Positions 14,345 through 28,225 are shown, numbered from the stretch's first letter. The stretch is 64,000 nucleotides of DNA from Chrysomallon squamiferum (GCA_012295275.1 CM022665.1:46314001-46378000), one strand, 5' to 3'. The notes: generated by a model from the sequence alone, not told the origin. Program-made: numbers and translations.

Positions 14345-14512
14345 ATATTTAATGAAAGCCAGGAACACTTAAAAAACAATCTCACTGATTACTTGATCTG
14401 CGATAAATAGAATGTTTGTTTGTGTGTGTGTGTGTGTGTCTGTGTGTAGTATGTATACAGCCAGAAAAACAAGAAAAAAACCCCTCACTGATTAGTGTGT
14501 CTGCGATAAATA

Positions 14513-14543
<31 letters not shown>

Positions 14544-14790
14544 TTTGTGTAGTTTGTATATTTAATGAAAGCCAGGAAAACGAGAAAAAAAAACCTCACT
14601 GATTACTTGATCTGGGACAAATAGAATGTATGTGATTGTGTGTGTGTGTCTGTGTGTGTGTGTATCTGTGTGCGTGTGTGTGTGTGTGTATCTGTGTGTG
14701 TAGTATGTGTGTGATGTAGCATTCATATTTCACACTTAAAAGACAATCAAAAAAAAACTGACACTGATTTTGATTGGGATAAACAGAATT
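14345..14790. repeat. Degenerate tandem repeat with (TG)n inserts, 3-4 copies
   Basis: GCCAGGAA...CTCACTGATTA...CTGCGATAAATAG..(TG)n recurs. Confidence 0.7.
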
Positions 14791-15977
14791 TTTTTAACTA
14801 GTCCAAAAACAATGATGATTTGAGAGCTGAAACATATATATATATATATATAAAATAAAAAATAAAAATAAAATAAAAAGGAAAATAATGTAACACAGTT
14901 GGAACTGAAAATACCCCCAATTCATCCAGCTCACGAGAATTGATCCGACAACCTCTCACACCTAAAGTCACTTCTGCACCATTCGGCAACATCATTCAAC
15001 TGATCAGAATTAACAAAATAAAAAGCAAAGAACATAAATGCAGGCAGCACCGTTCTTACAGGATTACTGAATAATACCACCGATATTAAACAAAGCCTGT
15101 AAAATCGACTGGGTTTTTGGAACTGGCTGGTAATGGCATGGTGATTACCTTGAGAAGATGTGTAAAGTTATTGTTATTATTACTGGGGAGTTAGGAAGCA
15201 GTGAATTATGAATTGAAAGAGTTTCATTTTTTTTTTTTTTTTTTTTTTTACCCAATCATTCATCTTAATGTGTCTAATACAAGCAGATTTTGTTTTGTGA
15301 AAGATGATAAAATAAAATAAAATGAAATTAAATAAAATAAAAAATGAAGGATGCATAGTGAAAATATTTTTCATTAAGTGAGTGCATGATGAACAGAAGA
15401 ATTAGATATTTTCAATTAAATTATGGGATTCTTGCAATAAAGGATTTTGATATTACATGATAAAGGGATTTTCACAAACAGAGATTAAAACATTGTATTT
15501 TAGTATTGTCCGATTATGGGATTTTCACAAACAGGGATTTACACACTGTATTTTAAAATTGTCTGATTATGGGATTTTTATAAACTTGGATTTATACACT
15601 GTTTTTTAGGATTTAAATGATTTTGTAAAACAAGGATGTTAATGTAACAGAATAAAGTAAAAGTTAGAAGAAATAGTTTTAAAACTTCAAATATAACAAT
15701 TATAATTATACTATATTATACTATATTATAGTGTATTATACTATACTATACTGTTTTTACTGTTCTGTACTATACTATAGTATTCTAAACTATACTATAC
15801 TGTACTATGCTATATTAAGTTATACTAAACCATATTATAATATACCATACTATACTATACTATACTATTAATTCCAAAGCTAAATTAAAATGAAAATAGA
15901 AATAAAAAAATCTTCATTAAAAAATTTCAAAATATTCTATAAATAACTTTTATATATTTTTTGAAATTTGAAAAAGT

Positions 15978-16012
<35 letters not shown>

Positions 16013-16060
16013 GTTACTTTTTGTTAAAAACAGTCGTTTGATATTTAAGAAATCAATTTG

Positions 16061-16091
<31 letters not shown>

Positions 16092-16746
16092 ATTTAAAAA
16101 AAAGGGCCCTAATACATCAGGAAAAGCAACATCACATTTAGAACGGTCATTTCACACACAGGAGGGACATCACAGAAAATTAACTCAGCTCCACGAAAAA
16201 AAAGAAAAAAAAAACCGTACCAAGCTTAAAAACGTCTCAGATATTGTTGCCCCAGGGGGTTTCAGAATGCTTCAAGAACATCGGTCAGGAAAGTGAGTCA
16301 AACTGAATTCTGTTAGATTAGTGGTTTCCTGGGGATGATGGTCCATAACTGCATAGCACTGCTATCTTTAATACTAGCGCTGGATTAATGCAATTTGCAC
16401 GACACACACACAAACTGAAATACATTACTATGTACCTTGTCACATCTAACCCAATATGGCATCTGAGAACACTTTGCAGTGGATGTTTGTTTTTCTGGTA
16501 TTTTGCAGAGTTTTGTTTTTACGCTCCGTGGGTTTAATACGATTTAGTATCCCACGCACTGGTATGTGACAGTCGGTCGTGTGATAATTTTTTCGGTATC
16601 GTATTGTTGATGTGTTTTTCGAAAATTGCTGACAGGTTTAACAACATTTGTGTCAAACAAAATATATATATAAAGAAAAAAAAAAAAAAAAAAATGAAAA
16701 AAATGAAAAAAGAAAAAAGAAAAGAAAAGATAATAAAAAAAAAATA

Positions 16747-16799
<53 letters not shown>

Positions 16800-18420
16800 A
16801 GAGATATTTAAAACAACAAACAGAATTTTGTACAAGCATGAAGAAAGGGACTGCTAACATAACTTCTCAGATTTTTTTTTTTTTTTTTTTATATGTCAGA
16901 AAACCATAAATATATTTTTAGTGATTATTTAGATAACTTATCTTCCTGTCTCAGAAATGACATAAATGCTTAAATTCTTTCATAATTAACATGACAGCTC
17001 TGAAATTCTGCTTTATTCCAAGATCAGACAAAAACATGAATACTTGTCATAAACCAACAGTGTCCTGAAATACTGTCTTCTGGCTTTAAACAATAAATAT
17101 TTACTATTAAATATATCATTTCAAGGTTGGCATTCATCCATATGGGTAATTCTAACTTTTGTCCCTGCCATTTATAAATAAAATATTTTGATACTCTAAG
17201 AATGTCTTAGAGATGAATAATAATCATTATATAGATCCTATATTTTATGAAATATGCATAATTTTGAGCCTCTACACAAGTTCAGAATGCAAATAAATCA
17301 GAATTTGCCTGAGCAGAAATATATAAAAAAAAATATAACAATGTCTGGAAAGGATAAAATAATCATATATCATTATTCACATTGGATTACTGGTACAATT
17401 TATCCAGAATTAAATATTTTATGTTTTTTTTATAAACATTTAAACATGACAGTCATGTTTCCAGTTCCTTTTCATTTTGTATTTAAAAAAAAAAATAAAA
17501 AAAAAAATAGATTCTGCACCGAAACACAAAACAATTGTTGGAACTGATGTTACCAATGTTTATAATTTAAACCAGGATCTCTTTTCACATGTTTCTGGTT
17601 AGATAAGTGCAGTGAAACACTGAAACTGTTTGCTATAATAAAAAAAAAAATCTTCTTAATGTCTTCTCCAGGCAGACAGTCTACACAGACCGGGTCAGTG
17701 GGTACTCGTGTAATTAAGTGTGTAATAAATAAAAATAAATTCAATTTCGATACAGCTGTTGAGTATGGTGCATGGAGTTTAATTCTGTTTTGTGAAGTAC
17801 ACTTGGAAGTAAATCAAATGAAAAAAAAAAAAAAAAAACTACAAAAAAAACAAAAAAAAAACAAACAACAACAAACAACACAGAAAACAGATGTAATGTT
17901 CTGAAAAGGAGTCAGATTAGTGTAATGGGTTTAAAGCATGAACCTAAAAAAAAAAAAATATATATAAAAAAATAGTAATAAAATAAATAAAAATAACCAA
18001 ATAAAAAAAAAAAAAAAAAAAAAAACCCTCAAATCTTTAAACATTTTTGGACTGCAGGTACAGTAAAAAAAGAAACACCCAAAACAGAAAACAAAAATGA
18101 AACGAGAAAACAGATAATAACCAGTAAACATTTAAAACAGTGCAGCACGTACCAGACAGAGAGACTGGTCGGAACTGCATAACACTCAGTGAGAATTGCC
18201 ATTCTGTGCTAACATTTAAATTAGATGCACGCAACAAAAATAAATAAATAAATAAAATAAAATAAAAATAAAAATAAAAAAAAAAAAAAATAAATAAACA
18301 AATAAAGAAGAGAAAAAAAGAAGAAAAACTCCACTGACTGAATTAATGGTATATTTGGAAACTGAGTTCAAAAAGAATTTTTAATTTGTGATATCAAGTT
18401 TTGTTGACATTGAATTAATA

Positions 18421-18541
18421 CTGATACTCAAATACTGACAGTAACAAACTGATACTCAAATACTGACTGTTACAAACTGATACTCAAATACTCACAGTAA
18501 CAAACTGATACTCAAATACTGACAGTAACAAATTCATACTA
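18421..18541. repeat. 28-bp minisatellite, about 4 copies
   Basis: CTGATACTCAAATACTGACAGTAACAAA repeated. Confidence 0.9.
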
Positions 18542-19069
18542 AAAATAACATTAACACACAAACACACACACACATACACATATATATACAAGCATGTATA
18601 CACACACACATCTATACAAATATAACACACACACACACACATTCAAACACACACATACAAACATACACAAACAGGTACACACTCAAAACATCCTGACATT
18701 CCTCCACATATTCCTTTGTTTTGTTCTTTTCAAAATGAAAGAAAGAAAGAAAGAAAAAAAAAAGAAAAAGAAAGAAAAAGAAAGAAAGAAAGAAAGAAAG
18801 AAAAAAAAAAAAAAAAAAAACTTTTTTTTTGTTTTGAGTATCACCAATTTTCAGCTCCATTCATTAATCTTTGCCTGGAGTGGTCTGCCCCTAATTTCCG
18901 CTCAGTGAGTAGGTGAGTTTGCTCACAGCTGCCAGCGCAGTGAACACATCGCCTGATCAATACCGCCACTTTGATCCCAGCAGCCTCCACGTTATCCTCC
19001 CCCCTCTCCAATTAGTGTCAGCACAACGCAACACAACATGTCAGTGTTGTGTGTACGGAATATCTAAAC

Positions 19070-19131
19070 ATAAACACACACACACACAGACACACACACA
19101 GACAGACAGACACACACACTCACACACACAC

Positions 19132-19166
<35 letters not shown>

Positions 19167-19231
19167 CACACAGAGACAGACAGACAGACAGACAGACACA
19201 CACACACACACACACACAGACAGACAGACAG

Positions 19232-19268
<37 letters not shown>

Positions 19269-19590
19269 CACAGACACACACACACACACACACACACAGA
19301 CAGACAGACAGACAGACACACACACACACAGACACACAAACACACACACACACAAATATATATCATATATATACACACACACATATATACATACATGTGT
19401 ATATATTTTTACAAATATAAATATATATCTATATATAAATATAAACACACAGACATATATATACAATACATGTGTATATATATTTACAAATATATATCTA
19501 TATCTGTATCTATATATATTACACATACACACACATACATACATATGTACATATGTGTATGTGTGTGTCTGTGTCTGTGTGTGCATGTGT
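19070..19590. repeat. (AC)/(ACAG)/(AT) compound microsatellite
   Basis: Directly visible; source of the THTH/CVCV ORFs. Confidence 0.95.
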
Positions 19591-19929
19591 AGATACAAAT
19601 AATTAACATACATTCCTGTCACTATAAAACAAAATACAAGATATTTAATAATAAGAAATAAATAAATAAATAAATAAATAAAACAAAAACCAACAACAGA
19701 TAGACAAAAATCCCACAAACACTAGTAACAGAACACACACACACACACAGACACGCAAAATACAAATCAATCAATCAAAGAAAAAAAAAACAAAAAAAAC
19801 AAGAAAAATATTGATTAAACAAAGACATAACCCTTTAAAAAAACAGACAGACAAACCAGTGAATCCCTTTACATCAAAACACCTGTTCAGACAAACAGAC
19901 ACCAGACCCAAACACAAAACATTACAACA

Positions 19930-19960
<31 letters not shown>

Positions 19961-20429
19961 CTGAAGATATCAGCATCGAAATATGACGTAGTTAGCTATC
20001 TGTGGCCAGTTTCTGCGTACTCAAAACTGAAGATGTAAATTGCAATTTGACTCAATTTCTCCTTCCTCAAATTACAAATTCCCTACAGACCAAACACTCA
20101 CTGCGGAAAACAATTTGTCTGTGTTACTGGCGGTTAAACAAGAACCCCAAGAACAGTACACACACATATATATCCATCCATCCATGAATTTAGAAAACTG
20201 TCCATTTGATATTGAATATGCAGCAGTTATGTGAAGGGGACTGTCATTATGCATATAAATACAAGACACTGATGGAAACGGATTCCTTTGCTGTTTGAAA
20301 TAGTTGGTGATAAATATGCAGAAATGTATGAACATGAAAAAAAGAAGTGGCCTGTTAAGAAAGACCACCATTTCGTAGTAAAATGGTTTTAAATGATGTT
20401 ATCAGAACAGAAATAAACTTAAAATGTAT

Positions 20430-20763
20430 AACTTTTTTGAAAGGTCACCCTCTGATATGACACACAAAAAAAAAAAAAAAAAAAAAACATTTTTTTTTAA
20501 AAAGATCACCTTTTGTTATCACATAAACACAAATCAAAATAACCTTTTTTAAACCAATCACCCTTCAATACCACACAAAACAAAATAACTTTTTAAAACC
20601 AATCACCCTTCAACATCACACAAAAAAAATAACTTTTCTTTAAACAAAAAAAAATCACCCATTCATCATCACACAAACATAAACACAAACCAAAATAATT
20701 TTTTTAAAACAATATCACCCTTCAATACCACACAAAACAAAAACAACAAAACAAAATAACTTT

Positions 20764-20797
<34 letters not shown>

Positions 20798-20900
20798 ACC
20801 CTTCAATACCACACACAAAACAAAAAAATCTTCCTTAAAACAAATCACCCATTATCACTATCATCACACAAACACACAAACACAAACACATAAACAAAAT
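20430..20900. repeat. Degenerate minisatellite (ATCACCCTTCAATACCACACAAAACAAAATAACTTTT)
   Basis: About 8 variable-length copies. Confidence 0.8.
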
Positions 20901-21119
20901 AACAGTTTACAAAAAATAAATAAATAAAAGAAGGAATCATCTAACTATGTTCCTTTGATGACAAATTGGTTGACGTCTGCTTCAGAAGACATAAACTGGA
21001 ATGAGGCTCCGGGAAAAGTGACGAGTACAAAGGCAATGACTTTTCCCTGGAGGGTTTTGCGCTTAAGTGAAAGATGATAGTTCATGTTTCTTCTGATAAA
21101 TAAACCAGAACTCTGCTGC

Positions 21120-21150
<31 letters not shown>

Positions 21151-21659
21151 TGCCTGCTTAAAGCTGGCTGTCAATTTTTCATGACATGTCTTCCAGAAAA
21201 TGAAAACAATTCCAGGATAAGAGTGGCGTCATGACGACATCGGCTAAATATTTGATGATGTTGTTACAGCCAGTTTCAGTGATAAAAGAAAATCCCTAGT
21301 TTTAGTCATTACCCAGTTAATATAAATGATATCACACCTTGAATGATGGTGTTGTTTTATGAATGATGTATTTGTTAATTATGATGTTGTGTAGATGATA
21401 TGATTTTGATGATGATGATATTGTTATATACATGATGTACTTTAAATAATGATATTGTTATGTAGATGATATATTGTTAACAATATAGTTATAATAAATG
21501 ATATTTTTTTAATGATATTGTTATATAAAATTAGATACTTTTAATAATGATATTTTTATATAAATGATATTTCTTTTAAAAAATAATAAATTTATCTAAT
21601 GATATGGGAAGGGCTTTTTCAAAGAATACCAATAAATCAATCATTTTATTTAAGTGATG

Positions 21660-22297
21660 CAGTAATACAGAAATAAAATGTATCCTGTACAAAAATGATA
21701 GTACTTTTACTGAAATAAAATATATCCTGTTGCAAAGTACCAAATAACAAACTGAAATAAAATATATTTGACAAAATACCAGATTTAATACAGAAATAAA
21801 ATATATCCTGTACAAAAACAGATAGTAAAATAATATATCCCATACAAAATCTTAAGGGAAAATATGGGAACTAAAACATATCATCAAAAAATACCAGATA
21901 AACACTGAATTAAAATATATCCTGTACAAAAACCCAGATAGTAATACAGAAATAAAATATATCCTGTACAAAAACCAGATAATGATACTGAAATAAAATA
22001 TATCCTGTACAAAATACCAGATAGTAATACAGAAATGTAATATATACTGTACAAATGATACTGAAATAAAATATATTCTGTGCAAAATACCAAGAGGAAA
22101 TATTGAATTAAACAATATCCTGTGCAAAATACCAGAAAATAAAAATATCCTGTACAAAATAACAGATAACGATACTGAAATAAATGATATCCTGTGCAAA
22201 ATACCTGAAATAAAATAAAATATATCCTGCACAAAATACCAGAAAAAAATATATATCCTGTGCAAAAATAGCAGAAATAAAATGTATCCTGTACAAA
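21660..22297. repeat. Degenerate minisatellite of about 41 bp abutting the donor of exon 22305-22485
   Basis: GAAATAAAATATATCCTGTACAAAATACCAGATAGTAATAC recurs more than 12 times. Confidence 0.9.
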
Positions 22298-22304
22298 GAC
22301 TCAC

Positions 22305-22485
22305 TTGTTGGCTGTGGGCATTCTCATATCGAACTCCAGAAAGGTGAGCTCTATGATTTCGTCGACGTCGCCGATGAAGGTGTAGAGGATGCAGGAGGAG
22401 TCCCTGGGGTAGTACTGGGGGAAGTTTGGCGACGTGAACCTCCCACTGCTCCCCCCATAGCTCTGGTATATCACACAATCGCAGG
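22305..22485 (-). CDS. sol-1: Internal coding exon, N-terminal half of CUB domain 1: CDCVIYQSYGGSSGRFTSPNFPQYYPRDSSCILYTFIGDVDEIIELTFLEFDMRMPTAN
   Basis: Acceptor GTTGTTTTTCAG| and donor AA|GTGAGT. 181 nt = 2+59x3+2. Classic CUB G.FTSPNFP..YP....C motif. The true frame differs from ORF 21852..22529 in the track. Confidence 0.95.
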
Positions 22486-22678
22486 CTGAAAAACAACAAC
22501 AACGACGTAAACAACAGTGACGTGAACAATGGTGCTGAAGTTGTTACAGTTTGTAAACTGCAGTTTGTCAGAGGTATTCAACTGTAGTATGAAATGTTTG
22601 TCTAATAAAAAAAAAAATACTGATAAAATAAATAAATAAATTAAATAAATAAATAAAATAAATAAATAAATAAATAGA

Positions 22679-22721
<43 letters not shown>

Positions 22722-23271
22722 ACAAACAAATCAAAAAAATAGATAAAACAAAAATTTAAAAATTATTTTTAAAAAAATCAAAGTGGTATAGATAGTGGTT
22801 TCTCTGTGGTTACCAAAAAAATTAGCTTTTTGAAAATAAATGAATTGTATGTGATAAAGAATGGGGAAAAAAAATAAAAAATACTAAAAACAACAATAAA
22901 TAATAATAATAATAACAATAATCATCATGATAACAATAGCAATATAATAGTAATAGTAATAATAATAATAAATATAATAAATACTAGTAATAAATGTTTA
23001 TATTTAGTAATAATATAATAATAAAATTAATAATAATAAATGTAATAACAATAACAATAATAATAATAAAAAGTAATAATAATAGTAATAAATAATAGTA
23101 ATAAATATTTATTACAATAGAAGTAATATATAATAATAATAATAATAATAAAAAGTAATAATAATAGTAATAAATAATAGTAATAAATGTTTATAGCAAG
23201 TAGAAGCAATATATAAGTAATAATAATAATAATAATAATAATAAAATAATAATAATAACAGTAACAATAAC

Positions 23272-23326
<55 letters not shown>

Positions 23327-23759
23327 GTAATAACAGTAATAACAATAACAATGATAATAAAGATTTCCTTCTGGACAGGTGTGTATGTTACCAGTTTACC
23401 TTTCATTATATGGTAATTGCTTTCATAATTCAAGCAATTTTCCTGAGCTGCAAATGCAAAGTAACAAAAAAATAAAAACAAAAATGATTTAATTAATAAT
23501 GTCAGTGAACATAATGCATAAGCTAGATAATACAGTGATATATTTATTACCTGTGTTAATTTCCCCACCTGCATGTTTAATAAATGTGATATCACATACG
23601 TGCGTGCGTAATAATTAAATGATGTTTGGTTAATACAGGGTATTAAGTTATGGTGTTAAATTTTAATAAGAAATGGTTGTGTAAGAAGCAGTATCAGGAG
23701 CTTTGTTAGAAGTGGGGGTGGAACGGGATATTGATGATAACTGTGGCTGCAGTAAACAT

Positions 23760-23770
23760 GTTAAAATAAT

Positions 23771-23805
<35 letters not shown>

Positions 23806-23880
23806 TAGTAGTTGGGTGGTGGTTGTAATAATAGTGGTAGTAGTAAGAGTAATGGTAGTAGTAGAACTGGTAACAGTAGC

Positions 23881-23919
<39 letters not shown>

Positions 23920-24221
23920 AGTAGTAATGGTATTGATAGTAGTAATGATGGTAGTAGTAGTAGCAGCAGTAAAAGTAGTGGTGGTGGTAGTAGTATTAGT
24001 GATAATAGTATTAACACAAATGGTAGAAGTTGTAGTAGTAGTAGTAGTAGTAGTATAATTAGTAGAAGTTATAGTAGTAGTAGAATTGTTAGCAGTAGCA
24101 GTAGTAGTAGTAGTAGTAGAAGTAATAGTAGTGACAGTTGTAGTAGTAATAGCAATAATGAAATGACAGTATAGCAAATAGCAATAACAGCATTGAAAGT
24201 AGCAGGACATTTAATTATAAC

Positions 24222-24267
<46 letters not shown>

Positions 24268-24270
24268 AAT
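23760..24270. repeat. (AGT)/(AGC)/(GGT) compound microsatellite
   Basis: Directly visible; source of the poly-S/V/T/L ORFs. Confidence 0.95.
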
Positions 24271-24864
24271 AACTTGAAGTGGAAATAATAACAGTTGTAC
24301 AATAGTAATACTAGCAGAAGGTATGGCTGTAAGCATTGGTTATTTTCACTGTTGTTGTAGTAGTAGTAGTTTCAGTGGTAGTGGTTGAGACAAGGAAGGT
24401 ATAGCAGCTGTAGTAAAAACTGTAGGTTGTAGTAGTAGTTGTAGTAGTAACAGTAATAGTAGCTAATAACAATTTATCTATTTTTTTCTACACAAAATTA
24501 GCCCCCTCCCCCTCAAAACAAAACTCCCCCTAACCCACGAGATCCTCCAACAAAACCATAAAACAGTTCAGTGATCTCACACCACATTTTGTTTTTTTAG
24601 TTACAAACCAGCGAATTCCGGTATTGTAATGAAGATTTATTTTTCTGTCGAGATTCTGAATTAATTTTTTTTTTTTTTTCCTTTTAATTTGCTGTTTTTG
24701 GCCCACTGAATATTGTTGGTGTTTTCAGTCCATGTTTTATATTAAAACAGCATCAGTTACAGAAATCAGTTACAGAAACCAGGTCAGAACCAGGAATAGT
24801 TGAACACAATGGCCAATTAATGTACTGTGAGAAATACAACAAAATAGAAAAATAAAATAAAAAA

Positions 24865-25175
24865 TCTAGTTTAACAACACCATTTAACAGCAAAATTTAA
24901 AATATATTTAAGTATCCGGGGATATGCTTTGAGTAAACGATTCTATGAGAGAAGGTGCCTCCAGTAGTTATTCTATCAGATATTATAAATATTCAGTTAG
25001 AAAGCAAACTTTTATTTTCATATTTTCCCTTACAAGATACACATACCACAGATAATATCAAACCCAAATGGAGCACTTTCTGGAATGGGAAACACACCAG
25101 CTATTGCTCTGAGGAGACTTGATCCACTGGGTTTTTCTTCTCTACAGTGAGTACTCTTAACTACTGAACGAGATA
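24865..25175 (-). mobile_element. Degenerate tRNA-derived SINE with a Meta-domain-like core
   Basis: The minus strand reads A-box-like TCGTTCAGTAGTTAAGAG and B-box-like GGATCAAGTCTC. It continues TTCCAGAAAGTGCTCCA...TGTGGTATGTGTATCTTGT, resembling the CCAGTGCTCCAC...GCCGTGGTATGTGCTATCCTGTC core I recall from mollusc SINEs. Confidence 0.55.
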
Positions 25176-25499
25176 TTTACTGACAGTCGTGTCACCTTAA
25201 TGTGTCCATTAGCAGGTTGTACGCTCACTAAATATTTGTCTCCGTTTGTTTATGGGGACAAGAATTGAATGTTGTCGCACTTCAGTTCTCGCTCAGTGCA
25301 GTGCAGTGGGGGGGGGGGAACTGCACACTGCAGTTTAAATTGAAATGGATGAACGTGGCAGTCACTTTGAGATAAAACAGATAAAGCAGATAAAACAGAC
25401 TGGTCAGATGCTTTGTGTCAGATGAAGAGGTTCACACTGTGCAGACGATGTGTGGGTCCATGTGCGAGTATATATAAGAGTCGTTGGATGAATTTTATT

Positions 25500-26065
25500 T
25501 TGTGTGTGAATGTGGTCCATGGATGTATGTGTGTGTGAATGTTGTCCATGGATGTATGTGTGTGTGAATGTTGTCCACGGATGTAAGAATGTGTGTGTGA
25601 ATGTTGTCCATGGATGAATTCCTGTGTATGATCTATAGGATAAAATTCTGTGTGAGTACGATCCAGGGATGTATTCACGTGTGAGTATGATCCATGGATG
25701 TATTCCATGTGTGAGTATGATCCATGGTTGTATTCATGTGTGATTATGATCAAGGAATGTCTTCATGTGTGAGGATGATACAGGGATGTATTCATGTGTG
25801 AGTATTATCCATGGATGTATTCGATGGAGTATGATCCAGGAATGTATTCATGTGATCCATGGATGTATGATCCATAGTGAGTGTGATCCATGGTTGTATT
25901 CATGTGTGAGTATGATCCATAGTTGTATTCATGTGTGAGTATGAGTATGATCCATGGATGTATCCATGCATGTTAGTATGATCCAGGGATGTATTCAAGT
26001 GTAAGTACGATCCATGGATGTGTATCCATGCATGTGTGTCTGATCCATGGATGTATCCATCCACG
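25500..26065. repeat. Minisatellite of about 28-30 bp containing the palindrome ATCCATGGAT
   Basis: GTGAGTATGATCCATGGATGTATTCATGT-like units in contiguous tandem, with no unique spacers. Confidence 0.9.
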
Positions 26066-27929
26066 TGTGTGAGGTTTTGCTTTTTCCCCCCAACTCTTAA
26101 TTGTGTGTGAGTGTTGGTTCTCGCCTGCTGCAAGTGGATCAATAAAGAAAGGCAGCCCTGGCCTGTGTGTAATTTGATTTTTCATTTTGTTACCGACACA
26201 TCAATACTCTGCTGCATTCAGTGGACAGGCCAAGCACAGCTTTCTCCGTCTCGTTTGAAAATTTCATTGCACTTGGCTGCTTCCATAACAATAAAAAAAA
26301 TCATTGTCGAGCATGAAAAACGACAATGATGCTGTTGTAGTCTAAAAGGATGATGTTTTTTTGTTGTTTTTTTTGGGTGGGGGTGGGTATGATGATGTTG
26401 ATGATGTGGGGTTAATTTTTTTTTTTTTTTTAAATAAGAATGAATGTTGTTGAATGTTAAAGCAAGCCTTTTCAGGTGAAGCTGAATATTTTTGTTTTTT
26501 TTTTTTTTTTATGTTTGGGTGTTTATTAGATGAATTGGTTTTATGGGTTTTAATTGTTGTTTATTTATTTATTTATTTATTTATTTATTTGATTGTTTTA
26601 TTGCTATTATTTAATTTTCAAATTAATTAATTTATTTATTAAATTTTCTTTTTTTTCGTTATTTGCTTATTTATTTATTTTATTGATTTGTTAGTTAGTT
26701 TTTATTTATTTATTTATTTATTTAGAGTAAACTTCAAAATGATGAAATTAGTAATTTATACAAACATTATTAACTCTAAACCCAATATCATAAAATTCAT
26801 AAAGAACCTTTTATTCTTTTTGCAAACAGTCAGCAGAATGAATAAAAAAAAAAAAATAAAAAATAAAAAATAAAAAATCAATTTCATAATCCTATTGGAA
26901 ACAGTATAACTTGCTAAATCCTAAATAATGCTTAATAATTCCTATCTTATAATTGAAATCAATTTCCTCAACCTGAGAAAGATAACATTATTACGTGAAA
27001 ATGAAAAACTCGTATTACTGTCAGTGTACAAAGGAAGGGTTTCTGTAATCTTTGTTAAAATGGTGACGTCACTGATTTGCAAGGCTAAACTTACTGTCAA
27101 AAAGGAAAGATTAATTTTTTTCAAGGACAGGATGAGAACTGCAACAGATTATAAATTTCAAATAATCTCTCCAAGCAATTACATCATCAATACGGCTAAG
27201 ACCAAATAAATGACAAAGTTCAAAGTTTTTCTTGGTTTTTTTTTTCACTTCTTCTTTTTTTTCTTATAACTATTATTATTGTTGTTGTTCTTGTTGTTAT
27301 TATTATTATTTTTTTTTTTTTTTTTTTTATTATTATTTTATTTTTTTTTATTATTATTGTTGTTGTTATTATTATTAATATTATTATTACTATTACTATT
27401 ATTATTATTTTTATTATTATTTTTCTTCTTCTTCTTCTCATCATTATTATTAAATCCAGTTCAAAGACTTTTGATAACAAATTATACAAATTATCACATT
27501 TTTATGATGTCAATATATTGTAGAAGAGAATTGTTGTTAGGTTAAATCAAGGTTTTTGTTTCATTATTTTCTAAATGTTTTTATCAAAAAATAAAGTTCA
27601 CACTATTTTAGAAACATGAAATTATATATCAGTATCTATCCATCCATCTGTCTCTGTGTGTGTGTATATGTATGTATGAATGTATGTATACATAATTTTC
27701 ATTGCATCAAATAATATATATATATATATATAAATAATTTGATGCAATGGAAATTATGTAATAACAATACATTTCCATTTTGTCTAGCAAACATCACAGA
27801 GGTAAAATGAAATCTGCACATTTCTAGTATTTAACAGAAGTATTCTGATTTCTCTGTTTAAAATCAATACCCATTTAGACAAAAACCTGCAAAAGATTAA
27901 AATATCTGAACACTACTGTTTTAATTCTT

Positions 27930-28225
27930 TCTTAAACATCTGAGAACAAATCATCTGATATTAATGATTATATAATCATCATATTATGTATGCATGATAA
28001 TGATAACAGAGAAGAAACTCACTGTTACCACTCAATGTCTACTTTTACCAATTTCCAGCAAAATATTTTTTTATAGACACTTTTCTGACAGATATATAAA
28101 CATTCCCAAGACTTTGACAAACAAAATCTTGAGATACTGGAAAAAACAAACAAAACGACAGTGGTACTTTAAGAGGATCGAACCTGTGACCTATAAGGTG
28201 CTAGATCTTGTTTTGTTGAACCATA
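27930..28225 (-). mobile_element. Degenerate tRNA-derived SINE, same family as 24865-25175
   Basis: B-box GGTTCGATCC on the minus strand (plus AGGATCGAACCTGTGACC). Colinear remnants on the plus strand: GAGAAGAAACTCACTGTTACCAC...CAGCAAAATATTTTTTTATAGACAC...ACATTCCCAAGACTTTG. Confidence 0.5.

Noticed and set aside
21852-22529. 225-aa minus-strand ORF (…LHLHRRRRRNH…)
   Set aside because: It is the wrong frame across the real CUB exon plus read-through into a minisatellite.
25105-25175. tRNA-like A/B boxes as a tRNA gene (also about 28170-28225)
   Set aside because: No cloverleaf, and they are contiguous with a SINE core, so they are decayed SINE heads.
25500-26065. Repeat of about 29 bp with an internal palindrome, as a possible CRISPR array
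   Set aside because: Units are contiguous and degenerate with no unique spacers, there are no cas genes, and the context is a eukaryotic intron. The same applies to the arrays at 13680, 29575, 52545 and 62138.
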